The notes: generated from the letters alone by a model not told the origin. A stretch of 64,000 nt of DNA from an uncultured Planctomycetaceae bacterium (GCA_963785305.1 CAWAUV010000007.1:1920001-1984000), one strand, 5' to 3'. Positions 1 to 13,015 are shown, counted from the first letter of the stretch. Made by a program: numbers and translations.

Positions 1-360
1 GGGACTCTCCGGTCCCTCCGGCGGCCAGAGCGCTTCGGCGGCGCGGCGGGTCGCGTCGTCGGGCTTTTGGACATCGAGCCAGGCGAGCACTTGAGCGCGA
101 ACGGCTTCGGCCGTGGGCGGAGTCCAAGTGGCTTGCTGGGCGAAGGCGTCGGCCGCGGCGGGCGCGGTTTGGCTTTCCGGTTCGGCGGCCGGCTTGGGTT
201 CGGCGGCCGGCTTGGGTTCGGCGGGTTGCTGGGGCGCGGGCGGCTCGGTCGAGGGTTCGGTCTCGGCCAGGACCGGGCCCGCGGCGCGCAGCGCGATCAG
301 AGCGCAGAGCGCCAGTGCGCTTTGAATCGCAAGGCCCCTGGGTCGGAAAGCGATCGTCAT
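1..360 (-). CDS. Secreted hypothetical protein (5' part; runs off the window)
   Basis: ATG at 360 overlaps the upstream stop (ATGA). Translation MTIAFRPRGLAIQSALALCALIALRAAGPVLAE... gives a signal peptide, then AEPKPA repeats, open to position 1. Confidence 0.7.
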   Translation of the reverse strand, partial: MTIAFRPRGLAIQSALALCALIALRAAGPVLAETEPSTEPPAPQQPAEPKPAAEPKPAAEPESQTAPAAADAFAQQATWTPPTAEAVRAQVLAWLDVQKPDDATRRAAEALWPPEGPESP

Positions 361-2187
361 TCGTTTCTCCCCACCACGATGTCGCGGGTGACGCGATAAA
401 TCTTTTCTTCGCGCTCGGCTAGCCGCTTGAGCGCCGTGACCAAGTCCGGCTGCTCGGCTTGCTCGGTCTTGATGATCTCGTAGTAACGCTGCGTGCGGTT
501 GTTCACTCGCATTTGCATGGCGCGAATCACCTTGAGCTCGGCGATCTTGTCGACGAGCGGCGGCTCTTGGGCTTCGCCCGGTTGGCCCGGGGGAGGCTTC
601 TTATCGGCCAGGTCTTTTTGCGCTTCTTGAGGGCGGCGATCAGTTCCTCGAGCGCGGCGATCACGTCTTCCTCGATCTTGCAGGTGACTTCGCCGACCTT
701 GGCCTGGCCGAGACGCGTGGCGACTTGATCCATGTCGTCGCGCATTGCGCCGACGGCTTCGGGCATGGCGACCGAAGTGCCTTCCTCGCGCAAGAGAGTC
801 AGGGCTCGATCGGCTTCGCCCACGATTTCAGCTTCCTTGCGGCCGAGGCGACCGCTTTCGATTTCGTGGTCGCGATCGCGGTCGGGCTCGGGCACGCGGT
901 CGAGCCGTTTGGTTCCTTCATAAACTTGGTTTTGCATGTCGAGCATTTTGCGGAAGCGGGCTTCGAGCAGCGCGAGCATGCGCGAGCGCTCCTCCTCGCG
1001 GAGTTGACGCAAAATGGCTTCGAGCTCGGCCTTGGCCTTTTCGAGCGCTTCGATCGCTTTCTGTTGGTCTTCGGAAGCGCCTTGGCGCTTGGCTTCGTCG
1101 AGCTGACGCTGGGCGTCTTGCATTCGCTCGCGGGCTTCGCGCAGACGTTTCTCGACCGGCGGCGTGTTGTCGGGCGGCGCCTGTCGGAAGGCTGCCCCTC
1201 GCCCGGTTGCCCTTCGCTGGGCTTACCCTCACTGGGCTTACCTTCACTGGGCTTACCCTCACTGGGCTTACCCTCACTGGGCTTACCTTCGCTGGGCTTA
1301 CCTTCGCTGGGCTTGCCCTCGCTGGGCTTGCCCTCGTTCGGTTTGCCTTCGTTCGGTTTGCCTTCGTTCGGTTTGCCTTCGCCGGATTTGCCGGCCTGAT
1401 TCTTGTCGCTACTGTTTTTGTCGGCCGGTTTATCACCGGGCTTCTTGTCGCCGTTTTCCTTATCGTCAGGTTTTTTGTCGTCGGGTTTATTGTCGGTGGA
1501 TTTCTTATCGTCGGGCTTTTTATCGGCGGGGGCTTTGCCTTCGTTTTTGGCGATGTCTTCGCCGAGCTTGGCGGTGCGGTCGCCGAGCTCGCCTTGGCGG
1601 GGGCTGAGTTTCTTCTCGCTTTCGGCGCCGTCGGCTGTTTCGGCTTGGAGGCCCTTTTGGTCTTTGATGATCTGATTGACTTTGCGGAGATAGTCGCGAA
1701 TGCGTTGCTTCTCCGACTCGAGCCGCTTACCGCGATCTTCGCTCAGGAGCAACTCGAGCAACCGGCCTAGCTCGGATTTGAGCTCGTCTTGATTCTTGAC
1801 GCCCGGCGCGAGGCGATCTTGCTTGAGTAGTTCGACGACTTCATCGAACTTGTGATCGAGATCGCGATCCTTGCTCTGGGCGATCGCTTGCCGCAGCAGA
1901 GCGGCGCGGCGCGGATCGGTATGGGCCGTGAGATCGGCCATGCGGAGCAGCACTTTCTCCAGTTCGCGAAAGCGGTCCGCCACTTGCGCCTGCCCTTCGG
2001 CCAAGCGGGCCGCGGCGTCTTTCTCGCCCTTGCCGCTTTTGTCGGCGGGTTTGTCGGTCGCCGGCTCCTCGGCCGCGAGTTTTTCAACGCCCCAGCCAAA
2101 GGCGCCGCAACCGAAGCCGATCCAGCCGACGCCGACCCAAGCAAGGGCGACGCTCCAGAACCTAGCGTGAATTCGATGCGTGACCAC
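357..2187 (-). CDS. Secreted coiled-coil protein with EGKPS repeat linker (apparently frameshifted twice)
   Basis: ORFs 799-2187 and 527-1123 plus a third frame ending ...GRNE* at 357. Signal peptide and helical E/K/L/R-rich segments. Confidence 0.75.
1186..1380 (-). repeat. Coding 15-bp tandem repeat, 13 units (EGKPN x3, EGKPS x8, EGQP x2)
   Basis: Units such as CC(T/C)TC(A/G)CTGGGCTTA are visible directly on the plus strand. Confidence 0.95.
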
Positions 2188-2375
2188 GATCGCGTTTCCT
2201 TATATTGCCGCCCGTATCGTGTAGCTTGCAAACAAGAACGCCCAAGCCGTTCGCCGAAACCGCGTCTGGAAACAGCCCTCTGAATTGTACCCTACCGGCC
2301 CGCCGAGGGGTGGCGGCGGCGAATCCGCGCTAAACCGCTGCCATACTTAGTTTTACAGTCGCCGAGGCTCGCCGG

Positions 2376-4692
2376 CTACTCTTCGATCAGCGAACGGATT
2401 TTCTTTTTCTGCTCGGCCTTGGTTTCTTCGTTGATTTTTTCTTGAGCCGCGATCACGCCCCGGAGCAGGTCGAGCGCTTCGTTAAACGTCTCCAATTCCA
2501 GCATCCGATCGAGCACGCGCTTCATTTCCACGATGATTTTGTCGGCCCGGCGGATTGCCTCGGTTTGAACCGGCCCCGCGGACTTGGCGTCGGCGAGCAC
2601 GCCTTGCAACTGGCGGAGCGATTTTTCGAGCTCCGGAAACCGGCTCGCCGCGAGCTCTTTGAGCGGAGTGGCAATGCCGCCCTTGAGCCGGCTCTTGAGC
2701 TCCTCGGTGTCGACGCGGTTGTTGATGAGCTCGGCGCAAATGCCATCGAACGCGTCGGCCACTTCCACGATCTCGTGCGATGTCCGCTGACTGTTTTGCA
2801 CGACCCGCTCGGCATGCAATCGGGCCAGCGCCAGCAATTGCTCGGGAGTCTTTTGCTCGGCATGGCGAATCGAATCCTCGGGCTCATCGCCCGCGGGCTT
2901 TCCGGTCGGGCGCGGCGGACTTCTTCTTGCCATCTATTCCGTCTTTGTTTTTTTGGCCCGAGGTCGCCTTTGCATCGGCCTGGGGTTTTTCGGTTTCGAG
3001 TTCGAGCCGGGCGAGCAGGTCGCGGGTTTCGGTGAATTCGCCGATGATCGTCTCGAAGCGGCGGCGAAGCAGCAGCTCGCGGGATTCGAGCATCGACCGC
3101 AATTGTTCGGGAGTGACGACATCGAGGGTGTAACGCTGGCTGCTGGCGGTGTTGGGCGCGGCGGCAAGCGCGTCGTTGTCGGCGGCGCCGATCGCGAGAT
3201 GAAACTTCTGCTTGGGCTGGAGACCAAGCGAGCCCACCTCGAACGCTTCATGCACCGCGACTTTATTCGCGCCCGACCGGATCGCGGCCAGCGGTTGCTC
3301 GAGGGCCGGACCGGCGTCGATGCCGTATTCGAACCAGGCCCGCGCCACGCCGTAGTCGTCGATGATCTCTCCGGCGGCGGGCAACATGGCCGAGGGTGTG
3401 ATCGCGAGACCGATCCCTTCGAGCTGCACTGTCACTTGCGGCGGTTCGTCGGGCACGGCGCCGATCGAGATGCGCACCGGATCGCGACTGCGAATGCCAT
3501 CGTCGTCGAGCAAGTTGCAGAGCAGGGTTTGATCGCAATCGAGCGCGCCGAGCGGGAGCGAAAACCGCCGCTCGGGCTTGCCGAACTCGGCGGCCAGATT
3601 CAGCTTATGGGTCACCGGCGAGTTCGACCCGCGGAGCACATCGACCTCGGCCACGACGAGCGGCTTGTTGGCCTCGGCGGCGAGCGTGACGTGCGTGCCC
3701 ATTGGGAGCTGCACGAGCCCGGCGGCTGGCACATCGCGCGGCGGGCGCTGCATGTAGGGGGGATATTCGCAGTGGAGCGTGGCGCGGGTAAGCGTGGGAC
3801 TATCGACCACGACGATCTGGCAAGGCCCGAACGCGATCGTCGCCGCCTTGCACCCAAAACTCGCGGTCGGCCAAGAGGCTTTTGAACTGATAGGCGTATT
3901 GCTGGAAGGGGTCTTTCGCCGTGGCGACGCCGACGCGCGTCATGCGGTCGCGGGCCCAAACGCCATCGACCGATCCGTAGCGGACGCCCACCGTTTCCGG
4001 CACGACGCGCTCGGCCCCGGTTTCGGCTTCGACCACGATCTCGAGATCGCTGCCTTTGGCGACTTTCTTGGCGCCGTTTTCGAAGCCGACGATTGTCAGA
4101 TGCGTTTTTCGCGGCCAAAGCTCGCTGGAAAGCAGCAGGTTGCGACGAGTCCACACCTCGAAGGCATCGTGCGCCCCCAGAGCAAAAGCCGCGGCCGCCA
4201 CGACGAGCACGATCGCAAGCGAGACCGCGCGTCGCAGTGGGCCGCGGTTGAAGAGCGTCGCGAGAGGGAGCTCTCGGGCCGCGGCCTCGGCTTGCCGCCG
4301 GGTGTGCGCGAGCATGTCGCGATTGTAGATCGCCGCGTGCGCGGGCGCTTCGCCGAGCTCGACCGCCGTGAGTAGGCTTTCTCCGAGCTCGGCGTGGCGA
4401 CGCTCGACCAAGAGGGCGAGGCTCGGATCGGCCAGCGGCACGAACGCGCGGCGGAGCAGATAACGATAGGCCGTGTACGACAGACCCGCGCCCAAGAGCG
4501 CCAGCAGGGCCACGCGGAGCGGCGCCGGTGGCTCGAAGAGCCAGTCGAACAGCAGCGTGGCCCAAAACCAAGCGAACGCCACGGCCACGACCAGCGCGAG
4601 CCCTTCGATCCAGACATAGGCGCGGATTTCGCGCGCACTTGGGCGAGCAAGCGAACAATCGCGTCGGGTGTTTCCGGGGCGGAAGTCGTCAT
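2376..4692 (-). CDS. Membrane-anchored protein with Ig-like and coiled-coil regions (MoxR-cluster accessory); several apparent frameshifts
   Basis: Pieces: MTTSAPETP (4692), TM helices in the tail of the 3800-9547 frame, 2884-3810, and 2376-2933 ending KIRSLIEE*. Confidence 0.7.
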
Positions 4693-4734
4693 GGGCGTCG
4701 AGCAGCCGGCTTTCTGGAGGAGTTGATCGAGCGT

Positions 4735-7297
4735 TCAGGCAAGTTTCGACAAGCGACGGATGAGCCATTCGAGCGACAACGCTCCGCAGACCACGAACAA
4801 GATCGCGCATCCAATCGCGATCGAAATCCAAGTCGGGCACGCCGGTCAGGTAGCTGGTCTCGGAACGGTCCTTGAGCTCGGCCACGATGGGCGAAGCCCC
4901 GGTCGCGGGCGCGATTGCCCCGGGGCCGATCAGGTAACGGCCGCCGGTGCGCTTGGCGATCTCGCTCAGCAGCGCGTCGTTGCGTTCGGGAGTCTCGCGC
5001 TCGAGGTCCGGCACCTTGACTTGCACGCGCTTCGTGAGCCGTTCCTCGCGACTGTCGGGCAGCGGCAGGTCGAGTTTGTAGACGCCTTCTTCCAGGGCCG
5101 TGAATTGGCCCTGGAACATGCCTTTGCGATTCGGATCGGCCGCGAGCTCCAGGTTTTGCGCGCCGCCGCCCGGAAGCGTGATTTCAAGCGACACCCGCGG
5201 CACGTCGAGCGGCTCGAATCGCGCGTTGCTCAGCGCCGCGCGCACCGCCACCGTGGCGCCGAGGAAATAGCGGTCGCGTTCGACCAGCAGCAGCCCGCGG
5301 CTCGAGCCGTTGAGCAGCCGGCCCTGGGTCACATGGCGCACCAGCTTGGTATAGAATTGCTCGAAGTATCCGTCGTCGAGAGCGCGCAATCGCCACATCT
5401 CGCCGCTGCCGAGATAGAACACGCGGCCGGCGCCGTAGAACTGTTCGGCCATGTAGACCGGTTGCTGGCCCGAGACCGCGGCCTCGGGATCGGAATAGCG
5501 GGCATAAACGGTGGTGCCTGGCTTCGCGCCGCGCACGGCATAGTAGCCGTAGACCCCGGGAAACGAGGCCCAAATCCGCTGGCTCTTGGGTCCCGACTCG
5601 GCCGGCCACAGGAATTCGGCTTCCAGTCCCTCGCGCGTGAATTCGATCGGCCAGGGAGTCTCGGAGCCATAGCGGCCGTCTTCCAGCATCGCGAGGCGAC
5701 GATTGAACTCGACCGGATAAATCGCCCGCAGTTTGCCGAGGCCGGGCTCTTGGGTCCAGCGATCCGTTTCCACGGGACCGCAGATGGCGATCAGGCCGCC
5801 GGCTTTTTCGGAAATCCAGCGATCGAGCATATCGATCGATTCGGCCGAAAGCTGGGTCCAGTCGGGATCGAAGGCGATGATGCCGTCGTAGAGAAACAGT
5901 TCTTGCGGCGTTTCGGGAAATTCGAACAAGAGCGAGCTCGCGTCTTGCGAGATGCCTTCCTTGCCCGATTGCAACCACACATCGACGACCAGTTCCTTAT
6001 CTCGCCGCAGCATGTTGCGCAAGAATGTGTACTCGCGCGTCGGTCCGCTGGCGATGAGCAGCAGCCGGGTCTGGCGATCGACGATCTCGATGTCGACTTC
6101 TTGTTGATCGTCGGCCGGGTTCGAGTCTTCGGGCGGGCTCTTCACGGCCAGCCGATACACCCGGCGACCATGTTCCTCGGGCTTGACTTCGAACTTCACC
6201 GGCGTGATCTCGCCGCGACCGCCCAGCAACACGCGCTCGGTGGCTTCGAGCTTGGTTTGGCCGGCTTTGTCTTTATCGCCCGCGTCGCCGCCGGCTGGGC
6301 GGCTGGTGAGCTCGAGCGTCACGGTGCGGCCAGCCAACTCCTGGGCTTGCACATAGCCGGTCACGGTGAAGGCGTCGCCGGGATAGGCCCGCGTCGGCGC
6401 CACGAGATCGCTAATCCGAACATTGGCCGGACGCTTGGCCGAGCCGATGCCCACGGTGTAGATCGGTATCTTGGCTTCGTGCGCCAGTTGGATCGCGGGA
6501 CTGCAATCGGGACCGGCGTTTTGAGCGCCATCGGTAAATACGATGAGCGCCGACACGGGGCTCGACCGCTCGGCCTCGAGCAGCGCGCGAAGCGATTGGC
6601 CGAGCCGGGTTTCCGTGCCCTGCGGCGCGATGCGCGACCAGGGGACCAGTTCGGCCGCGGGCCCCGCCGGCTTCGTTTCGTCGGCGGGCGCCTTTGCATT
6701 CTCGTCGTGATCGGGCCGTGAGTCCTTGTTTGGCGGCGGCAGCTTGGCGAGCGAGGCCACGGAGCTTGTCGTGACATCGAATCGCGAGAGCAAGACATCG
6801 TGCGTCTTGCGCAGTTCCTCGATCAGGCCGCGGTCCTTGAGGGCGGCGGTTACTTGCTCGAGACGCGTGGGTGCGCCGGGAGAGCTCGTGGCCTCGGAAT
6901 CGCGGAGGCCCATGCTCAAACTGGTGTCGATCGCCATCAGCACGCGCGAATTGCGCGTGACCTGCCGCTCGGTGCGTTTTTCGAGTTTGCCGTAATATGC
7001 CAAGAGGCCGAGCAGGGCCACGATGCGCAGCCCCGCGAGCAGCACCCCGGTTCCGCGGCGGAGCTCGACGCTATCGCGGCGGTAGAGGTAGATCACGAGC
7101 GCGAGAATCGCCACCACCGCGGCGCCGAGCGCAAGAAACTGCCAGCGCTCGGTGTAAGCGGCGAAGCGAGCCCATTCGTAGGTCACGCGGCTAGCCGCAT
7201 GGGCCCCGGGTTCCGTCAAAGCGCCCGGAGTGGCGGCGCCGGTGGGAAGGTCGGCCGCGGCTTGGGCCAGCGGCGGCGCCAGAAGCAGTTGCATCAT
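4735..7297 (-). CDS. VWA-domain membrane protein with glutamine amidotransferase-like domain
   Basis: MIDAS motif DTSLSM, FTDG and IYTVGIG. C-terminal LSLEWLIRRLSKLA* follows a frameshift. The ATG at 7297 overlaps the stop of the upstream gene. Confidence 0.8.
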
Positions 7298-9547
7298 CGG
7301 GCTCCCACGCGGCTCGAGGCATGATAGCTGGCCGCATAGGCCAGAAGCTGCTCGCATAGCAAAAGTCCGACGAGAAAGAACATCAGATTCTCGCCCAGAT
7401 TGAAGCCGGCTAGTTGCTCCAACGCATGGTTCAAGTCGCTCAGATCGTGGTACTTGATATGCAGGCCATCGAGACGCGGCGCGAGATCGGCATTGGCCAG
7501 CCGGCCCAGATCGCCCTCGGGCGAAGCGACATTGTACGCCCAGCCGTGGGGTTCGATTTGACCGTCGAGGCCCGTGAGCTGCGCTTCGTAGAAACCGCTG
7601 GCCCCGGGGTCGGGAAGCGTCGCCACGAGGTTGGCGCCCGGCGGGCGCGGCATCGACCATGAGCATATCGCCGGAAAATCCCTCGCCGGGCCCGGAGCTC
7701 GAGTCGCGGCCGGGTAGTTGAAATCGGACCTTGGGCTGAAAGCGGGCGACATCGAAGGTCACTTCGAGCGGCGTTCCCACGGTGCGCGAGCTCTCCGGCT
7801 GTCGCCCCGCGGCTAGGTAGGATTCGAGTTCGAGCATTGCCACGACATAGCTCGGATTGTTGCGAGCCCAATTGTTCCAAGAACCCGAGGTCGTGGCCAG
7901 CGGCGACGACTTGGTGAGAAAGGCCACGACCCGGCCCGCGCCAAATCTTTGTTCCACGACCAGCGGCGCATGGTTCCGCAGCCGCGCGATGACTTTCACG
8001 GCGCTCTCGGGCGGTGGGCTCCAGCCCTTGGCGGTGGTGAAATAGCGCTCGACCATGACCGTGCCCAGGTAACTGTTGCGCTGGCCGGCGAACACGGAGA
8101 AGATCGGGTGATCGGTCACTTCCAAGTCGGGCGCTTTGTCGAGCCGGTCGACGAGCAGCTCCGTGGCAATACCCAGCGGCAGGGGAAAGATGCCTTGGCC
8201 ATCGCGATAGAGCTCGCGGTTGTAGACATCGCCGCGCACTCGCTCGCCCACGAAAAACGCCACGCCGCCGCCCGCGCGGGCATAGGCCTCGAGCGCGTCG
8301 ATTTCGGCCGGGTCGAGCCGTTCGACATTCGTGAGAAAGATCGCCGCGTATTTGTCGAGCGAGCCACGCAAGGCGCGCGGCGTCTCGACCATGGGCTTCA
8401 GACCGCTCGTGGCCTTGCCGCCGGGCTCGAGCGCCGCGGCGACGAAGTAGCCATCGGACCCGCGGGCATCGCTGTCGATGATCAGCACTGGCGCCGCCTC
8501 GGCCACGGCCACGATGCCAAAGCGAGTGTTGTCGGCCGCCACGGCGTCGCTTTCCAAGCGGGCGGTGGCTCGATGATCGCCGGTCGTGGGAAACATCGAT
8601 TGAAATCGCCGCAGGGCGACTTTGCGGGCTGGAATCTCCTCGAACTCCACGGCGGGGCGAGTTTGGCCGTCTTCGTCGATATGCACCGTGACGCCGCGAA
8701 CCGCCTTCTCGCCGAAATTCTGGACGGCGATTTCCATCGACAGCGGCACGCCCGCGGCGCGAACACCCGAAACGGTGCGCAGCGCGACAATGCCCAGGTT
8801 CGGCCGCGCGGCGTCGACGCAATTGTCGAACTGCAATTGCACTCCGGTCCGCTGGAGCCGCTCGAGCGCTTTTTTCAGCGGCGCGGGCTCGCTCCACTCC
8901 TTGGCGCGAAAGTCCGACACCAGATAGACCACGCGGTTCTCATCCTCGGGCTTGACCGGCAGGCCGTCGATGGCGTCGAGCGCTTCGAGCGGCCCGGCCG
9001 CGCTTTCGGAAACATCCATCCGGCCGAGCGTTTGTTCGAGCTGCGCGGCGAAGTCGCTTTGCACGGCTTGTTCGAGCATGTCGGGCTGGGTGCCCGCCCC
9101 GCCCCGGCGCACGCGCGAGAAGCGGAGCAAGGTGAACGACTGCGGAGTCGGCTTGCGAGTGGCTTCGGCGGCCACGCGCTCGATCATGTGCTTGGCCTCT
9201 TCGAAGGCCGAGGTCGAGCCCCAGCGATCCGACATCGAATAGCTGTCGTCGAGCAGCACGATGTGATGGGTTTTCGTTCCGCCGAAAAGCGCTCCCCACT
9301 GGGCCTGGAGCACCGGTTGGGCCACCATGAGCACCAGCGCCGCCACGGCCGCCATGCGCATCAGCAGCAGCAAAAGCTGCTTGAGAATAATCCATTTGCG
9401 ATGCTTGCGCTGGCTGACGAGCAGAAACTCCATGGCGGCCCACTCGACGCGGCGATGACGCAGCAGGTTGATCAAATGGATCAACACCGGCAGCGCGATG
9501 AGCGGCAGCCCGATGGCAAGCAGCGATGAATGAACGACAAACGGCAT
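7294..9547 (-). CDS. BatA (N-terminal double-TM) + VWA domain protein
   Basis: LPVLIHLINLLRHRRVEWAAMEFL motif and LLDDSYSM. The C-terminus continues in ORF 7294-7752 after a frameshift. Confidence 0.85.
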
Positions 9548-9572
9548 GGCGGAGATCTTTTACCGTCGATTC

Positions 9573-10478
9573 TTAATTCTTGTGGTGCATTCCCAGTCGA
9601 TTGCTGAGAAACTTGGCGAGCACGGCGTCGAGCGACTGGCTGGTGCGCACCAGGGCGTAGTCGACCATGTTTTGAGCGCAGCCGCGGCGCACTTCGTCGA
9701 GATAGGTTTGCATCGCGGCGAGATAGCCCTCGCGCAGCGCGCGGGGGTTGCAATTGAGCGCGTCGGCGCCTTCGAGCCCCTCGAAGCGCGTGGCGCCGGT
9801 AAAGGGAAAGTCGAGCTCGTCGTCGTCGAGCACATGAAAGATCAGCACATCGTGCCCCTGCCGGCGCAGGAGCTTGAGCCCCTTGAAGAGCGACTCCCGA
9901 TCGGCGAGCAAGTCGCTCACGAGCACCATCATGCCCCGGCGAGGATACGACTCGGCCACTTCGCGCAGGATCGACGCCATGTCGGTCTTGTCGCGCGGCT
10001 CGGCGCCGGAGAGCGACTGGATCACGGAATGCAGGTGGCTCCGCTTGCTGCGGGCGGGTGTCTTGGCCCGCACCCGTTCGTCGAACGCCACCGAGCCCAC
10101 GGCGTCTTGCTGGCGGAGCAGCAAGTAGGCGAGGCTCACGGCCACGGTCGCGGCGTAGGCGTATTTATTGAGCGGACCCGAGCCGTAGTGCATGCTTCGC
10201 GAGACATCGACGAGCAACGTCGAGCGGAGGTTCGTGTCCTCCTCGTATTGCTTGAGGTAGAGGCGGTCTTGCTTGGCCCACACTTTCCAGTCCACGTGGC
10301 GCAGGTCGTCGCCAGCCGCGTATTCACGGTGCTGGAGAAATTCGACCGACTGGCCGAAATAGGGGCTGCGATGGATGCCCGCCAAAAACCCTTCGACGAT
10401 ATGCCTCGCTCGCAGCTCGAGCCGCGAGACGCGGGCAATGGCTTCAGGATGCAAAAATTTTCTGGAATCGAGCGTCAC
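9573..10478 (-). CDS. DUF58 domain protein
   Basis: [32 protein letters not shown] and LLVDVSRSM. Confidence 0.95.
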   Translation of the reverse strand: MTLDSRKFLHPEAIARVSRLELRARHIVEGFLAGIHRSPYFGQSVEFLQHREYAAGDDLRHVDWKVWAKQDRLYLKQYEEDTNLRSTLLVDVSRSMHYGSGPLNKYAYAATVAVSLAYLLLRQQDAVGSVAFDERVRAKTPARSKRSHLHSVIQSLSGAEPRDKTDMASILREVAESYPRRGMMVLVSDLLADRESLFKGLKLLRRQGHDVLIFHVLDDDELDFPFTGATRFEGLEGADALNCNPRALREGYLAAMQTYLDEVRRGCAQNMVDYALVRTSQSLDAVLAKFLSNRLGMHHKN

Positions 10479-11490
10479 GCGTCAGTTCATCCTCTTTGGC
10501 GGGAGTGGTGGCCAGCAAACGATCAACGATTTGGTCTTGGGTCACGCCTTCGCTTTCGGCCGCGAAATTCATCACCAACCGATGCCGCAGCACCGGCTTG
10601 GCCAGGGCCTGGATGTCCTCGACCGCCACATGGGTGCGGCCATGGAGCAGGGCTCGCGCCTTGGCGCCGAGAATCAAGAACTGCACGGCCCGGGGCCCGG
10701 CGCCCCAACTGACCTGCTCTTGCACGAAATCGGGAATTCCGGGCTCGCCGATGCGAGTTTGCCGCACGAGCGAGAGCGTGTAGCGAACCAGGTGATCGGT
10801 GATCGGCACATCGCGCACCAATCGCTGCAGTTCGAGAATCTCCTCGGCCGCCAAGACCGGCGCCACGCTGTCGACCATCGAAGCGGTCGTGCGGCGGGCG
10901 ATCTCGAACTCCTCCGAAAAATTCGGATACTTCACGAACACCTTGAACATGAACCGATCTTGCTGCGCCTCCGGCAGCGGATAGGTGCCTTCTTGCTCGA
11001 TCGGGTTTTGCGTGGCCAGCACGAAGAACGGATCGGAGAGTTTGTGTCGCACGCGGCCCACCGTGACCTGCCGCTCTTGCATCGCCTCGAGCAGCGCGGC
11101 CTGGGTCTTGGGCGGAGTGCGGTTCACTTCGTCGGCCAAGATCACATTGGAAAACAGCGGTCCTTCGAGAAAGCGAAACTGCCGGCTGCCGGTCGTTTTA
11201 TTTTCCTCGATGATCTCGGTGCCGGTGATGTCGGCCGGCATCAGATCGGGCGTGAACTGAATGCGGCTGAAGGAGAGATTCAGGGCCCGCGAGAGCGTGC
11301 TGATCATGAGCGTCTTGGCCAGGCCCGGCACGCCCTCGAGCAGGCAGTGGCCGCGGCTGAAGAGCGAGATCAGGAGCTCCTCGATCACCTCGTTTTGGCC
11401 GATGATGACCTGGGAAAGCTGCGACTGGATTTTCTCGCGGGCTTCGCGGAGCTTGTGAATCGCGGAATCGGCGGAAGATTCTTGGTTCAT
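10444..11490 (-). CDS. MoxR family AAA+ ATPase
   Basis: [68 protein letters not shown]. Confidence 0.97.
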   Translation of the reverse strand: MNQESSADSAIHKLREAREKIQSQLSQVIIGQNEVIEELLISLFSRGHCLLEGVPGLAKTLMISTLSRALNLSFSRIQFTPDLMPADITGTEIIEENKTTGSRQFRFLEGPLFSNVILADEVNRTPPKTQAALLEAMQERQVTVGRVRHKLSDPFFVLATQNPIEQEGTYPLPEAQQDRFMFKVFVKYPNFSEEFEIARRTTASMVDSVAPVLAAEEILELQRLVRDVPITDHLVRYTLSLVRQTRIGEPGIPDFVQEQVSWGAGPRAVQFLILGAKARALLHGRTHVAVEDIQALAKPVLRHRLVMNFAAESEGVTQDQIVDRLLATTPAKEDELTRDARFQKIFAS

Positions 11491-11584
11491 GCGAGGCTGT
11501 TTCCGGTTGAGTGGATTGCAAGCAAAACGGGCGAGGCGGACGAAACTTAAGGTCGTCCGGAGTTATCGGATAGGCTCTTGATTC

Positions 11585-12712
11585 CTAGCGCTGATAAATC
11601 GGCAAGGTTCCCTTGTCGAGTTGCAGGATCGTGAGGTTGATGGCCGTGGTGTAGATCGTGCCGACGAAGCCTTGGTTCCAGTAGGCGACGGTTCCGTTGT
11701 CGTTGGCCTCGCCCAAGAGTCGATTGAATACTTTTTCGCGATAAGTCTCCCAAGCTTTGCCGGCTTCGCGATATTTCACTTGCGAGTAGTAGTAGTGGGC
11801 ATAGTGCCAGTGGCCGAAGCCTTGGTTCGAGATGTCGGCCAGATTATTTTCGCAATATTTCAGCAGCTTGGGCACATATTCGCTGTCGTAGTCGCCGGCA
11901 TTGAACAAACAGGCCACGGCGGCGGCCGAAATCGCGGGGCGCGGGCCGCCACCCTTGGAACTATACTGCACGCCGCCGTCGGCCATCGTGCATTCGCGAA
12001 TATATTTGATCGCCTTGTCGATCACTTCCTTCGGCACGACGATCCCCGCGTTGCGGCAGCCACGCAGACCCTGCACCTGGGTGATCGTGGTCGAGCCTTC
12101 GTCGAATTCGCCGCCGCCTTGCGATGAATCCTTGGCGCTCACATAGCCCCAGCCGCCGGCCGACGTTTGCGCATTGCCCGAAAACGCCACGGCCCGGGTG
12201 AGCACATCGAGCAATTCCTTGCGGCGGCTGAGGTCTTCTTCCTCGCCCACCACTTGCGAGAGAAAGAGCATCGAGTAGCCGTGGCCGTAGGTATAGCGAT
12301 CGTCGCGAGTGGGATCGCCGATCAGGCCATTGGGCCGGCTCCGGCTAATCAGGTAGTCGACCGCGAGGCGAATGTTTTTCGAGTACTTGCCCTGGGTCGT
12401 GGTCGAGCCTTCTTGGAGGAGAGCCACGCCAGCCAGCGCGGTCATGGCCGTGGGATAGCGGCTATCGTTGGCGTTCCAGCTTCCCATGCGCGACTGGGCG
12501 TTGGCCAGCCAGGCGAGACCATGCGCCACCACGCGATCGACGCGGGCCTCGAGCGAATCGGCCCGCGCCGCGCCGGCGACGATCCCCCAGACGCAAAACC
12601 CGAGCATCAGCCGGCAGGACGCCGTTTTGAGGAATTCCATCCCGAAGAACGCCGCTCCGAAACATGCCGTCCGCGGCAATCGAATCGTGCGGCATTTGGA
12701 ATGTGCCTTCAT
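11585..12712 (-). CDS. Prenyltransferase/squalene oxidase repeat (terpene cyclase-fold) protein, secreted
   Basis: QxxxGSW / QTSAGGWGY / DGGVQY QW-like repeats and a signal peptide. Start codon uncertain (12712 or 12781). Confidence 0.85.
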   Translation of the reverse strand: MKAHSKCRTIRLPRTACFGAAFFGMEFLKTASCRLMLGFCVWGIVAGAARADSLEARVDRVVAHGLAWLANAQSRMGSWNANDSRYPTAMTALAGVALLQEGSTTTQGKYSKNIRLAVDYLISRSRPNGLIGDPTRDDRYTYGHGYSMLFLSQVVGEEEDLSRRKELLDVLTRAVAFSGNAQTSAGGWGYVSAKDSSQGGGEFDEGSTTITQVQGLRGCRNAGIVVPKEVIDKAIKYIRECTMADGGVQYSSKGGGPRPAISAAAVACLFNAGDYDSEYVPKLLKYCENNLADISNQGFGHWHYAHYYYSQVKYREAGKAWETYREKVFNRLLGEANDNGTVAYWNQGFVGTIYTTAINLTILQLDKGTLPIYQR

Positions 12713-12910
12713 GGCGCGATCCTCGGTCGGTTGCTTGCGATCGGAAAGAGCGAGATCGAAACGGTTCACCACCCATTGCACGCCGGTCGAACAAGAAACC
12801 GCGAAATCTCGGGCAAGGGCGCGCCCCGGGAAGTGAGTGTCCCCGAGGGCTGATTTGGTTCATTCGTCGGACGGCAAATGAGGAAAAATTTCACTGCCCG
12901 ACAGCGTCAG

Positions 12911-12997
12911 CGATCCCAGCGCCAACGATCCCAGCGCCAACGATCCCGCGCAAACGATCCCAGCGCAAACGATCCCGCGCAAACGATCCCGCGCAAA
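12911..12997. repeat. Intergenic tandem repeat, 6 x 14-15 bp (CGATCCC(A)GCGC(C/A)AA)
   Basis: Directly visible. Confidence 0.9.
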
Positions 12998-13015
12998 CAG
13001 CGAACGGCCCGAGCG

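Noticed and set aside
1186..1380. Plus-strand repeat ORFs (LGLPS / WAYPH repeats)
   Set aside because: Antisense shadows of the coding EGKPS repeat.
3800..9547. 1915-aa apparent BatA-VWA-membrane mega-fusion
   Set aside because: It is three genes joined by indels. Proper C-termini with stops exist in other frames (7294, 4735), and the joining segments are out-of-frame junk.
12911..12997. Possible CRISPR array
   Set aside because: Contiguous 14-15-bp units with no spacers and no cas genes.
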